From: Myxococcota bacterium
GTDB lineage: Bacteria > Myxococcota_A > SURF-8
Assembly: GCA_965140415.1 (NCBI GenBank)
Contig: OZ223209.1
Span: forward strand, 2,240,001-2,304,000
Direction: 5' to 3'
DNA: 64,000 nt
The notes beneath the pieces were generated by a model. The model was not told where the DNA came from and searched no databases. It was given only the letters and a program-made list of their open reading frames with translations. Positions 8,939-19,287 of this stretch are shown here, in pieces. Every line of letters starts with the position of its first letter. Position 1 is the first letter of the stretch. The translations under genes were made by a program, and so were the position numbers.

Positions 8939-10408
8939 TCAATCCACGAGCGATTCGTAGACCTTTTTATACTGTTCGGCGGTAGTAAGCCAGGAAAAAT
9001 CCTGTTCCATGGCGCGGGAAACGATCTTTTTGAAACGCTTTTTATCTTTGAACATGGATACGGCGCGCCAGACCGTTTTCAACATCAAGGTCGGGTCGTA
9101 GCCGGTGAAGGTAAATCCCCATCCGTCAGAGCCATCGTCCGTAGCATTACGCACCGTATCTGCCAGACCGCCAGTCGCATGAACAATCGGAACGGCGCCA
9201 TAGCGCATGGCGAACATTTGATGTTGGCCGCAGGGCTCGTAGCGACTGGGCATTAAAAAGAAATCAGCGCCAGCCATGATGTTGTGTGCCATCTGGTTGG
9301 AGTATGTGAGGTTCAAGCCGAACTTGTGAGGGTAGCGCATCTTGATGCTTTCGAAAAGCTTGTGATAGCGCGCTTCTCCCGTTCCGAGCATGACAAGGCT
9401 TAAATCGAAGGTCATCAGTTTTTCAAACGCCGAGGCCAGCAGATCGAAGCCTTTGTTGTCCGTCAAGCGGGTGATCATGCCGATACAAGGAATATCCAGA
9501 TTGGAATGATCCAGGCCGTTTTTCGCGAGTAGTTCCTTTTTATTGGCGAGTTTGTGCTCTTGTTTTCGAATGGAAAACGTCTGTTTGATCATTTCGTCAT
9601 TTTTCGGATCCCACTGACTGTAGTCCACGCCATTTAAAATTCCGAAATAATCCTCGCCTCGTCGTGACAGTTCCTGGGAAAGTCCATAGCCGGAATCGTC
9701 GTTGCTGCGTGTTTCATCGGCATAAGCTTGGCTGACCGTGACAACTTTATCTGCCAGTACCACACCTGCTTTCAGGAAATTCAGCCGGTTGTTGCGACGA
9801 TAGGGACCGTCCGGTTCGAATAACTTGTGTGATAACCCCAGCGTCCAGGCAAAACTTTCTTCGCTGTCGATTTGAAACGAAACGTTATGCAGGGTCAGTA
9901 ACGTCTTGATGTGATTGAAGGCCTCTACATGATCCTTTCGCGATTTCAGCATTGCAGGAATCAAAGCGGTATGGTGGTCGTTCAGGTGCAATAAATCCGG
10001 AGAGAATACACCGACTTGAATCAGATGCAGAATCGCTTCCTGAAAGAGGGCGAAACGCCGGTGATTGTCGATAAATCCTACTCCCTTGGCCGGATTGGTG
10101 TAGATGCCGTCGCGACCGAAAAAAGGATCGCATTTAACCAGGTAAACGGGAACGTTGCTGTCCGGAAGTGAAGATTGAAAATACTCGACATTGAAGGATT
10201 CATTTTCCAGTTTGATGTCGATTCCAGGGTATCGCTCAAAAGGCGTGATCGGCTGCACGGACTGATTCACGCTACTGTAGAATGGCGTGATGATGGATAC
10301 ATCAAGACCCGCCTGATGTAGAGTAGAGGGGATGGCGTTTGAAAACTCCGCCATGCCTCCGACTTTTGAAAAGGGCTGAACTTCCGCTGTACAGAATAGA
10401 ACCTTCAC
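8939..10408 (-). CDS. glgA: Glycogen synthase (GT5), divergent
   Basis: PFSKVGGMAE, GILNGVDY..WDP, ITRLTDNKGFDL, MPSRYEPCG, TGGLADTV, DFSW. Confidence 0.85.
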   Translation of the reverse strand: MKVLFCTAEVQPFSKVGGMAEFSNAIPSTLHQAGLDVSIITPFYSSVNQSVQPITPFERYPGIDIKLENESFNVEYFQSSLPDSNVPVYLVKCDPFFGRDGIYTNPAKGVGFIDNHRRFALFQEAILHLIQVGVFSPDLLHLNDHHTALIPAMLKSRKDHVEAFNHIKTLLTLHNVSFQIDSEESFAWTLGLSHKLFEPDGPYRRNNRLNFLKAGVVLADKVVTVSQAYADETRSNDDSGYGLSQELSRRGEDYFGILNGVDYSQWDPKNDEMIKQTFSIRKQEHKLANKKELLAKNGLDHSNLDIPCIGMITRLTDNKGFDLLASAFEKLMTFDLSLVMLGTGEARYHKLFESIKMRYPHKFGLNLTYSNQMAHNIMAGADFFLMPSRYEPCGQHQMFAMRYGAVPIVHATGGLADTVRNATDDGSDGWGFTFTGYDPTLMLKTVWRAVSMFKDKKRFKKIVSRAMEQDFSWLTTAEQYKKVYESLVD

Positions 10409-10419
10409 GATCCTCTCCT

Positions 10420-11475
10420 TTAACCGTGTTGGTCTTGAATTGAATCAAGCTTGATTTCCCGTAAAAACTGGGCTGCCGTTTCCGGGGGAGTTGGATTGAT
10501 AAAGAACCCGGTGCCCCATTCGAAACCTGCCATATGTGTGGTCCTGGGGAAAATCTCGATGTGCCAGTGAAAATCGTGTTGCAGAGTTTCCCAGTGACTG
10601 CCACCCCGGTTGGGGTCGGATGAAATATTGGGAGCGGTGTGCAGCAATAAATTGTACGGAGGGTTGTCCAATGCAACTCGATATAGCTTTAAAACACGAG
10701 AAAGTATTTCCGCCAGTGAACGTAATGTTTCTTTTGATGTACGGCTGTAATCGAAAGCGTGTTTCCTAGGTATAATGTTGATTTCAAATGGAAAACGCGA
10801 AGCGTAAGGACAGAATGCCACAAACTCATTATTCAGTGCCACGATGCGGTCACCTTCGTCGATTTCTTGAGCGATGATATCGCAGAATAGACAGCGCTCC
10901 TTGACTTTGAAGTGCTCGCGTACACTTCGCAGTAAGGAAACAACTCGTATGGGAGTAATCGATGTGGCGATGATCTGACTATGCGGATGAGAGAGCGAAG
11001 CTCCCGCATGCTTACCGAAATTCTTGAAAACCAGAACATGTCGCAGGCGCTTATCGCGCAGGAGATCCTCGATGCGTTCCCGATAAGTATCCAGCACCAG
11101 CGTTAGATGATCCAACGACATGTCGGGAATATGCTGATTGTGCTCGGGCGAATCGATGATGACTTCGTGTGCTCCAATGCCGTTCATGCGATCGTATATG
11201 CCGTGCGCCGCTCGTTCCGGTTCACCTTCGATCTGAAGGGCAGGGTAGCGATTGGGAACGACGCGCACCTGCCAGTTTTCCTGTGTAGCAGGTTGACCGT
11301 ACTGATCCAGTACGCGAATTGGATACGGCAGCTTTTCTTCATGGCCGCGGCAGAAGGGACAGTAGCGTGGAATCTCATTTGTTTCAACAGGTTCAAAGTC
11401 GTGCGGACGGCGTCCGCGCTCCGTTGCGATAATCACCCATTGACGATTTACCGGGTTATGCCTCAATTCGGGCAT
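10420..11475 (-). CDS. galT: GalT-family hexose-1-phosphate nucleotidyltransferase
   Basis: MPELRHNP, CPFC, GASLSHPHSQ catalytic motif, HWHIEIFPR, AGFEWGTG. Confidence 0.9.
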   Translation of the reverse strand: MPELRHNPVNRQWVIIATERGRRPHDFEPVETNEIPRYCPFCRGHEEKLPYPIRVLDQYGQPATQENWQVRVVPNRYPALQIEGEPERAAHGIYDRMNGIGAHEVIIDSPEHNQHIPDMSLDHLTLVLDTYRERIEDLLRDKRLRHVLVFKNFGKHAGASLSHPHSQIIATSITPIRVVSLLRSVREHFKVKERCLFCDIIAQEIDEGDRIVALNNEFVAFCPYASRFPFEINIIPRKHAFDYSRTSKETLRSLAEILSRVLKLYRVALDNPPYNLLLHTAPNISSDPNRGGSHWETLQHDFHWHIEIFPRTTHMAGFEWGTGFFINPTPPETAAQFLREIKLDSIQDQHG

Positions 11476-11806
11476 CCGCTACCTCTTTTCCCCTCGCGAT
11501 TTCACAGGTAATTAGTCTGGGACCGAAAGTTCCACAGGTTCAATATCGTTACTGATTTTCTGCAATTGCGAGACACTCGATCCTCCATTTGGTCGGTGTC
11601 AGGCTTTCCATTAGCAGGCCCCAGAAGAACAAATCAGCAATCCTGCTTTCATTATGCCAACACTATCGAGGGTTGCAAGTGAAAACACCATTTAAGTCTA
11701 TCGATTAACCGAGGTTTGGAGAGATCCAGACAATGGAGTAATTGGTTTTTCTTGCGTATCGTTATAGAAACGGAGGGAATTATTTGAAGTTAGCGATTGA
11801 TTATCT

Positions 11807-13480
11807 TTACAAGATGTGTCTCAACTTGCCTTTTGTGGATATCGCAAGATGGGTGAGCCGAATCGGATTTGCGGGTTCATCAACATGGTATATCGATACC
11901 TGCTCAGCCTGGTACAGAAAAAGAAGGATTCCCGGACTATTGAATAAGGGGAGCTCTTCGATTGGTTCTTTAAAACGTTCGAAGTGCCCCTTGCATTTAT
12001 TCGGTAATACTTGTGTCATCGCTTTAAGGCGGTGATTGTAGTCGGGTAAGGAGGCTGTATGGCTTGCGAAGTGATAACGTCCTAACAAAAACAGATCGAA
12101 TTGCCACTGTTCATGGACCCGATTCGAAAGGTGGTTCTGCTCGATAATACGTTCCAGGTGTCGAAAGCGTTCGACGACGGAAGTCGGGTTATCTCCATTG
12201 TTCAATTCGCCAAGCAAATCCCATAGAACGTTATATCCTCCTAGCTCAAGAGCCATTCTGTGCAATGTTCGGGATAAGTATGCCGTATTGTAATAGCGGT
12301 CCAACAGGCGAGACAATCGGTCGGATTCTGAGAGTTCGTTAGCACTGTAATCGTCCGTTTTCAAGACTTCCCAGGGAGGAGTTGGGGCATAGATGATAGA
12401 GGGGGTGGCGGTTCTTCGGATTGCCGTACCGGGAAGAAGCTTGAGTCGTTCCAGTTGGATATCGTCCGGTTGTAGCGAGCAAAGTGTTTCGACAGCGCTT
12501 TGGATATCTTTGTGTTTTTGAGCGGGAAGCCCGGAAATCAGATCGACATGCAGCGAAACGGAATCCAATTTGGTAAGTGTTTCTACGATTTGGCATACAT
12601 GTTCGGGATCGCTAGTCCTCCCCACTTTTTGTAGGGTTTCTGGATCGAGACTTTGGATTCCCATCTCAACATGTAGCCGACCGCTCGGAAGTGAGGCTAG
12701 GTATTTCAGTTGATCTTCATCGATGAAGTCAGGGTGCATCTCGATATGCAGCACCTGGTTGTTGGATTCTTCAAAAAAAACATCGATCACCGCTACCATT
12801 CGGTCGGTTTGTTCATTTAAACTGCGGTCGAGCAGATTGATACGTTGCAGGTTCTGAAACCGATCCAGCACGGCCTTTAGATCGTTACGCCAGCGGTCGA
12901 TGGAATAGAGTCGGGTCGAAGAGTGTGAACTTGTGCAGAACGTGCAATGATTCACACAACCCCGCGAGGTTTCCATGTGTAAAAATGGCGCGTCGTTCCG
13001 AAAAAGCCCCATCTGGTAGGGAGAGGGGAGTTCGTCCAGCTCTTTGATCGGCTTTGCCCGGATAATTTTCTCGGTTTCAACTTCTCTTTGTATTCGGTCC
13101 AGTAACGCAGGAAATTCGTATTCCGCTTCTCCGATCACAATCGTATCGAATGCAGACAATAAGGGATGATTCGTTTGTTCCATCGCAAGCCAGCATTCCG
13201 GCCCGCCTGCAATCAATTTTGCATTCGGTAACACAAGCTTTGCCCGCTGCGCCAATTGAGCCTGTGATTCGATGCTCCACAAATAACAGGAGAACGCCAG
13301 TACATCCGGTTGGTAATCCAAGATGTGGGATAAGGCGTTGGAGATGGGAGTGGATGTTAGAAACTCGAAGGTTCGCCATTCGAATTCGGGATGGCTTTTA
13401 GATACAGCCGCCTGTAGAAATGGCCCGGCAATGGTTTGATAGTGATATCGACAATGAAAGCTGATGAACGCGACTCGCAT
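11807..13480 (-). CDS. B12-binding radical SAM protein (DUF4080-type architecture likely)
   Basis: AFSCYLW, GGPE, ETSRGCVNHCTFC, EMGIQS, HVDLISGLP; start reassigned to ATG 13480 (MRVAF) behind GGGAGA. Confidence 0.8.
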   Translation of the reverse strand: MRVAFISFHCRYHYQTIAGPFLQAAVSKSHPEFEWRTFEFLTSTPISNALSHILDYQPDVLAFSCYLWSIESQAQLAQRAKLVLPNAKLIAGGPECWLAMEQTNHPLLSAFDTIVIGEAEYEFPALLDRIQREVETEKIIRAKPIKELDELPSPYQMGLFRNDAPFLHMETSRGCVNHCTFCTSSHSSTRLYSIDRWRNDLKAVLDRFQNLQRINLLDRSLNEQTDRMVAVIDVFFEESNNQVLHIEMHPDFIDEDQLKYLASLPSGRLHVEMGIQSLDPETLQKVGRTSDPEHVCQIVETLTKLDSVSLHVDLISGLPAQKHKDIQSAVETLCSLQPDDIQLERLKLLPGTAIRRTATPSIIYAPTPPWEVLKTDDYSANELSESDRLSRLLDRYYNTAYLSRTLHRMALELGGYNVLWDLLGELNNGDNPTSVVERFRHLERIIEQNHLSNRVHEQWQFDLFLLGRYHFASHTASLPDYNHRLKAMTQVLPNKCKGHFERFKEPIEELPLFNSPGILLFLYQAEQVSIYHVDEPANPIRLTHLAISTKGKLRHIL

Positions 13481-13935
13481 GGTTCTCCCTTTTCCTTCCC
13501 GGTAAAATATCCCGGTTTCGGCGGAATGCATAGAAAATTCAGGTAACGAAATCTGGGCGAGGGCTGCCTGCATTGCTGATGTGACGAAAAAAAACGATCT
13601 GGTTAGGCCATCACTGTGAATACACAATGGTCTAATTAAGCAAATGCATGAGGAACAAAACCCTTTTGGATAGAGGTGATAACAGAGCAGGTAATCATAC
13701 AAAAATAGGAATAAATAAATATATGGCGTATAGAAATTCGCATAGGTCGAGAAGCTCATGATGTAGCTAGTCAGTAGTTCCTTCTTTTGTGGTTTGCAAG
13801 CAAGTAATCAGGCTGTGAAATTGTGTTGTGACACGATATGGAGGCGTTTGTGCTTTGTTCTGAAAATGAAATAGCTTATGAAATCAGGGGTATGGATGCC
13901 TTGCGCCTGCAATTTCAAGAGAAAGGAAGGTCGTT

Positions 13936-15723
13936 GTGAGTGATACGAACTCATCCTTTCCCACTCTGATTGCCTTCGATCGGCCCAGTATTTCATTGCG
14001 GATTTCGGTCACTCCGTTTTCGTTGGCGCTGGCGTATCATATTGCGTTGGCGGGGATCGGGATGCTGGCGTTTTTATTGAGAATCCCCACGCTATTTCAC
14101 AAGGGATATTGGTTGATCGATGAACCTTCCTGGCGGATCCTTGGGAACTTGCTCGCTCAAGGGCAGGTTTTATATAAGGATGTCGCCGTTCAGTTGCCGC
14201 CAACTATGTTGTTGATCTATTCAGCAATAACGACACTATTCGGACCATGGGCGGATACCCCGGTGTATCTTTTCGGTGCAGCCTGGTCGGCGACATCGGC
14301 TTGCTTGATCGGATTGACATTTTTCGTTCTTAAAGAGCGCCGCATGGGGCTCGTTGCGGCTTTCCTGTTTGCGATTTCCTCTACTTTCTTTCGGGGAAGC
14401 GAGTTTCTTAGCGTCAATGGAGAATTGATCTGCAACGGTTTCTATGCAGGTAGTTTGCTATTACTGGCGTTGATTCTGCGTTCAGAGCGACACGGTAACT
14501 CCATGTCTCGTCGACTCGCTTTGTTGTTACTATTAGGCGTGTGCGAAGCCTTGGCCGCTTCGGTTAAATCGCAGGCCGGGATTTTATTCCTATGCACGCT
14601 AATCTACTTTGTTTTGCGGCCTGTCTTGTTTTCGGAATACCGAAAGCACCTAAAGCAGCAATGGTTCGCTCCGCTGATTTCACTCTGTGTCGGATTCGGA
14701 GTGGTGGTCCTGGGGTTTGCGGTCTATTTTCAATCGCAGCAAGCCCTTGAAGCGGCACTACATTTCATGCTGGGAAATCAATTCGTCCATGCCTCCGAGC
14801 ATGGCCAGTACAGCATTCTTTACTTCGCGCTCAAACTGATCTACCGCTCTTTCTTGCTGATATTGGCATCGTTACCAGTCTGGTTACTGGCATTCCTAAC
14901 GACGAAACGGGTTTTTTCCAAGCGCCAGGAACGTGGGAAATCAATTGAGCAGCTACTCATATTCTCGGCAATATTGGTTCTCTTAACCTGGGTTCCTACT
15001 TCGCTTGGCGCGCGTTTCTTTTCGCATTATTACCTGTTGTTTTACGTGCCGCTATGTGTTCTGGCCGCCCCGGCTGCCAGTCGATATCTTAGAGTATCAC
15101 AGAGCAACTCGAAGTCTCGTAAAGCATTTGCGATTTTTTTGTGGAGTTTCCTGTTGGGATCTTCCTTGTTCTGGTTTTCTTCAAATATGGCTGGCGCGAG
15201 CAAGTTTAGCGAGTCCATTCCCGTAGAATTGAAAAGCTACATCGAAGAAAACACGGAAGACGCAGCCCCGATTTTCATCTGGGGATATGCACCTCAATGG
15301 TATCTGGACGTCCAACGGTATCCATCTCCCGGTTTTTACAGCATCAAGCAATTGGTTGGCGCCAAGCATGGCACGAAAGGCATGTTTTTAGCTTCGGATG
15401 CGTCTGCCTGGGAACGCATCGCGGCGGATATCAAAGGCGGACGAGACCGGCAGGTGCCTTCCGATTCGCGTTATATTTCCGAAACGGCCTGGAAAATCTT
15501 CGAAAAGAGCTGGAGCAAGCGTCCCCCGCAAGTGGTAGTGGATACCAGTCCAAGCGGATTTCGTGGACAGGTTTTCCCAATCGCGAGCTATCCCAGAATT
15601 CAACGCCTGCTGAGTCGTTACCAGGGACCGGTTCGGATTGCGGATATGGATGTCTACTGGTTGCAGTTCGCCTCGACGCTTTCTGTGGCTGGGCGGAACG
15701 GGGACGCGGAAAGGGAACGTTAA
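13936..15723 (+). CDS. GT-C fold (ArnT/PMT-like) integral membrane glycosyltransferase
   Basis: IDE in first loop, G-x-x-LYKD...PP, NGE, K-x-x-A, FFSHYY, IFIWG; roughly 11-13 hydrophobic segments; start uncertain. Confidence 0.7.
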   Translation: MSDTNSSFPTLIAFDRPSISLRISVTPFSLALAYHIALAGIGMLAFLLRIPTLFHKGYWLIDEPSWRILGNLLAQGQVLYKDVAVQLPPTMLLIYSAITTLFGPWADTPVYLFGAAWSATSACLIGLTFFVLKERRMGLVAAFLFAISSTFFRGSEFLSVNGELICNGFYAGSLLLLALILRSERHGNSMSRRLALLLLLGVCEALAASVKSQAGILFLCTLIYFVLRPVLFSEYRKHLKQQWFAPLISLCVGFGVVVLGFAVYFQSQQALEAALHFMLGNQFVHASEHGQYSILYFALKLIYRSFLLILASLPVWLLAFLTTKRVFSKRQERGKSIEQLLIFSAILVLLTWVPTSLGARFFSHYYLLFYVPLCVLAAPAASRYLRVSQSNSKSRKAFAIFLWSFLLGSSLFWFSSNMAGASKFSESIPVELKSYIEENTEDAAPIFIWGYAPQWYLDVQRYPSPGFYSIKQLVGAKHGTKGMFLASDASAWERIAADIKGGRDRQVPSDSRYISETAWKIFEKSWSKRPPQVVVDTSPSGFRGQVFPIASYPRIQRLLSRYQGPVRIADMDVYWLQFASTLSVAGRNGDAERER

Positions 15724-17054
15724 AAGCTGAATGTGAGTGACAGGCCGGTCATCATTTGAAAACGAGGAAGTTCAAAGACCTTGCCGATCAAATTAGTGGG
15801 CGGTGCAGTCACTTCCGAATCGATCAACTCTGTTTCGATATCGGGGTAGATCAATTGACTTGCGTTAAGCATGTATTCTTCAAAGCGATTGACTACGCAG
15901 GTGGGGCGAAGGAACAGGCCCAAAGAAAACAGATCGTTAAATCGGTAGCCGGCTTCCAACAGCAACGACACACCGGCGACAAAGTTCGAAGCTTTTCTGG
16001 ATGTGTAATGGTTTTCATGCCAGGACCAGACCTGCATCATGAACAGACCGCCATATCCGCCTAGCGTCCAATTGCCAAGCTCTCTGCGGTATCCGGCGGA
16101 AATGTTGATAGGAAGCACCATGAATTCGTTTTTCGTTGGGACCGAAACGGTATTGATATCGTCGATATCGTTTCTGTTCTTGGTGTTACTGCTGTAGGGG
16201 TAGAAACCCAGATCACCTCTTAAGGCAATATTTCGATAGACCATGAACGTCAAGCCAAGTTCGAGCCCGCCCGTATTGAAGCCGGAGGTAAACCCGGTCA
16301 AAAAGGAGGGGTTTACTTCCAAGTGCAGAAAACCCGGTTCCAGACTTGGTGGGTCATTCTCTTCTTGTATCGTGATTTCGATGGCGTGCGTCATCTGGTC
16401 TTGTTCGGCGGATTCCGATTGTTGTTCGGGGAGAGGCGCATTTTCATTCGGTTCCAGTGGGATAACCGGTTCTGGTGGAGTGTTTTCCTTTTCTTCCTCT
16501 GGAGAAGTAGTTTGGGATTCCGTGGCGTTGTCTGATGCAGGAGTGAGTGAGGACTCGTTCGTTCCAGACAATTCTTCTTCCTGATTCGGTTTCGGGATAG
16601 GTGGCGGAGGTTTTGTTTGCTGTGAAACCTCTGCTTCAGAGGAAGAATTCTTGCCCGCGATAAACAGGATTTTCATTGCCAGCGCCTGGGCAATATCGAA
16701 ATCGGAGTCTCCTCGGTTCACCGCCAAGTCGCAGTTTAAAACGAGTCCTTGTTTTCCTTTAAACAACTGAACAGAAATCGCATCTCTGGAACGGGTGATA
16801 ATGATTTTCGTTTCTTCACAACTGTCTGTGTTTTCGTCCGGACGCCAGACAAATTCATATGCGCCATCATCACGGCGATCGAGCGTTCGTTTCAATACTC
16901 TTAAGAAACTGTCACCTTGTTTCTCGCTGGTGATTTCCGTTTTTATGGAGAGATGAATCGTTCGTTCCGCGGCCTGTGCCGTCGTGATCCAGATCGTGCA
17001 AACAAGCCAGACGACGAAACCATACCGTGATAAATGCAAGAGAAAGGCACGCAT
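15720..17054 (-). CDS. Exported hypothetical protein with Pro/Glu-rich linker and probable C-terminal outer-membrane beta-barrel
   Basis: Signal peptide ending AQA; amphipathic beta strands; ends GLSLTFSF. Confidence 0.6.
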   Translation of the reverse strand: MRAFLLHLSRYGFVVWLVCTIWITTAQAAERTIHLSIKTEITSEKQGDSFLRVLKRTLDRRDDGAYEFVWRPDENTDSCEETKIIITRSRDAISVQLFKGKQGLVLNCDLAVNRGDSDFDIAQALAMKILFIAGKNSSSEAEVSQQTKPPPPIPKPNQEEELSGTNESSLTPASDNATESQTTSPEEEKENTPPEPVIPLEPNENAPLPEQQSESAEQDQMTHAIEITIQEENDPPSLEPGFLHLEVNPSFLTGFTSGFNTGGLELGLTFMVYRNIALRGDLGFYPYSSNTKNRNDIDDINTVSVPTKNEFMVLPINISAGYRRELGNWTLGGYGGLFMMQVWSWHENHYTSRKASNFVAGVSLLLEAGYRFNDLFSLGLFLRPTCVVNRFEEYMLNASQLIYPDIETELIDSEVTAPPTNLIGKVFELPRFQMMTGLSLTFSF

Positions 17055-18292
17055 TATTCACCGGTTGCCATGCACTGTTGTTTAAGCTGTCTGCCTTGCT
17101 TGGTTTTTCCGTAGCGCTTCTGATACTGGCGATAGAAAGTACCGGGCATGCGATGGCATTCATCCTCCGCCAGCCAGCGCAGCGCGTCTTGCGAGAAATT
17201 TCCTTGCGGAAAACGGTTCAGGTACTGCTTCCAGGTTTTCCGAACCTCCGAGTTGTTTTCCAAACGCATTTGCAACGAAGCCATGGCCGCATAGGCATTT
17301 TCAGCGCGCAATGAGACGGAACTTCGGGTCATGTCCAGATACATGCGAACGGCTTCCGCATCGTTGCCGTTTCGCTCCAGAGCTTCCGCCAAAAGGAATT
17401 CAACCTCCGAAGCTTCTTCGTTTTCCGATGTTTTTAAAAAGCGCTTGAAGTAACTTGTTGCTTCAGAAAACGCTTTGGCGTTCAGTGCATTCTCGCCAGC
17501 TTGCCGCAATTCCCTCAAATAAGCGTCCAGGCTTGGGATCTCCGCAGAACTTCCAGCCGTTAAGATAATCTGTTCCCGGTTCTTACCAACCGGATTCACC
17601 CATACGGTTCCTTCAAATACTTCGACCCGTGTCATGTCATCGGATTTCTTGTCGACTTCAAAGCGGGTTCCTTTGACCTGGACGATGGCGTCTTCGGTGT
17701 GTACCTCGAATCGCCGATGTTCCTTCAGTTTCTGCACGCTGACATTCACTTGGCCGCGTTCTAAAAACACAATGCCGCTTTTTCGATCGGCTTCACGCAC
17801 CGTGGCTCTGGCTTCCGGTCCGAAAGAGGCAACGGCTCCAACCGGAAAGGTGCGAGGGATGGTTTCATTCTGAGCGGTTGCCACGGCTTCGCCTGGTCGC
17901 GCCGAAGGATCAACCGCCATTGGTCCAAGGAAGTGAATCAGCAGCCAGATACCGGGAATCAGGAAAAGAATGCTGGCCGCCACGGCAAATGTACTGGGAC
18001 GGCTCAGGATGGTTCTCCAGGCATTGCGTACTTGGAGTTCCTGCTGGCTCTGTTGGACGTATTGGTGCAGGGTGCTCCAGATCTCTTCGGATGTATCCGC
18101 TTCCATTTCAATGGTTCTTGTCGCTTGCAGACCTTTTTCGAATTCGCGAAGCTGTTTTAGTTTTCGACTGCATTGCGGGCAATATTTCAGGTGCTCTGCT
18201 ATCGCATCTTTTTCCTGGCTTTCCAGGCGTCCTGCTGCAAAATCCACAAGCAGATCCGGGCGACATTCCGTTTTGTAATCGTTCCCGCTCAT
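17054..18292 (-). CDS. Anti-sigma factor: zf-HC2 + TM + FecR domain + TPR
   Basis: HLKYCPQC, single TM helix, FEVHTEDAIVQVKGTRFEV...VEVFEGTV, YLNRFPQG TPR-like tail. Confidence 0.85.
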   Translation of the reverse strand: MSGNDYKTECRPDLLVDFAAGRLESQEKDAIAEHLKYCPQCSRKLKQLREFEKGLQATRTIEMEADTSEEIWSTLHQYVQQSQQELQVRNAWRTILSRPSTFAVAASILFLIPGIWLLIHFLGPMAVDPSARPGEAVATAQNETIPRTFPVGAVASFGPEARATVREADRKSGIVFLERGQVNVSVQKLKEHRRFEVHTEDAIVQVKGTRFEVDKKSDDMTRVEVFEGTVWVNPVGKNREQIILTAGSSAEIPSLDAYLRELRQAGENALNAKAFSEATSYFKRFLKTSENEEASEVEFLLAEALERNGNDAEAVRMYLDMTRSSVSLRAENAYAAMASLQMRLENNSEVRKTWKQYLNRFPQGNFSQDALRWLAEDECHRMPGTFYRQYQKRYGKTKQGRQLKQQCMATGE

Positions 18293-18924
18293 GACCGACC
18301 CGCCTTGTTCTGATAGTCCCGTTTCTCATCGCATTCAACTTGCATAACGATTTCTTCGCGTATTCGTTTGAGACGTTTTAACGTGGTTCCACGATTTTCT
18401 TCCAGGATGCCCGCAATGTCGTCCGCTTTCAATTCCTCAACGTAGAACAGGTGGAAGGTAAGTCGTTTGCGATCTTCCATCTTTTTCACAACTTCCATAA
18501 CTAGACGCACTTGTTCTTTGTTTTGGAAATGCCGGAATGAATGATCCTGGTTTTTCTCTGTTGCCATTTCCGTTTCCGAAAACGACTTCAAGAGGCCGCT
18601 GTACGTTTTTCCGCGCTTGATTTCGTTTAAGCACAAATTGCAAGTGATACGATAAATCCAAGTACTTAGCTTGGAATCTGCTCGGAAACGACCGATAGTG
18701 CGAAAGACTCGAATGAAAGTTTCTTGAACGATATTCTGCGCTTCGGCCTCATTTTGCAGAAACTGAAAAGCAAGCCGGAAAACCCGATCCGCATTCTGAT
18801 CGTAAAGCGCTCGGAAAGCGCCGGAATGCCCTTGCCGGATTCCATCCAGTATGCTGGCATCATCCAGGTTGCCGATGGGAATTACGTTGTTCTTAAATCC
18901 TGTGTTCATTTCTCGATATCGCAA
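18289..18924 (-). CDS. ECF RNA polymerase sigma factor
   Basis: AFRALYD, IVQETFIRVF, SKLSTWIYRITCNLCLN; ATGA overlap with the anti-sigma gene; alternative start 18909. Confidence 0.9.
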   Translation of the reverse strand: MRYREMNTGFKNNVIPIGNLDDASILDGIRQGHSGAFRALYDQNADRVFRLAFQFLQNEAEAQNIVQETFIRVFRTIGRFRADSKLSTWIYRITCNLCLNEIKRGKTYSGLLKSFSETEMATEKNQDHSFRHFQNKEQVRLVMEVVKKMEDRKRLTFHLFYVEELKADDIAGILEENRGTTLKRLKRIREEIVMQVECDEKRDYQNKAGRS

Positions 18925-19209
18925 ATCGGGTTCAGAAATCGTATTGTTCTGTAGCTACCCGTTTTCTATCACTATTTGATGAAAACCCTACCATATTAAA
19001 AAGCGTTACGGCAGAGAATTACATGTTTTGTACATGGCTGACTGCGAAATGTGCCTGCCACGTGCTCGCACACCTTCTGTCATTGGACAACACGTAAAAG
19101 GGAATGATGGCAAAGAAAATAAAAAAAATATGCGAATGGAAATCTTGGTTTTTTTACTGTGATTGCCGATGTTTTTCGTAAAGAAAGAAAATGAAGAAAG
19201 AAAAAGCAC

Positions 19210-19264
19210 TTGACAATCGGATGGAGAAACTTATTATGTGAAAAGTAACTAAACGGTTAGTTAC
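19210..19264 (+). promoter_or_regulatory. sigma70 promoter plus palindromic operator for the TetR gene
   Basis: TTGACA(19210)-16 bp-TATTAT(19232); GTAACTAA-ACGG-TTAGTTAC at 19245-19264. Confidence 0.75.
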
Positions 19265-19287
19265 AAAACACTTGGAGAGCGCCTGAG

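Noticed and set aside
11476..11806. Possible riboswitch or sRNA upstream of galT
   Set aside because: Only short hairpins; no recognisable conserved aptamer motif
13481..13759. 93-aa N-terminal extension of the radical SAM ORF
   Set aside because: AT-rich, promoter-like DNA; the domain and RBS start at 13480
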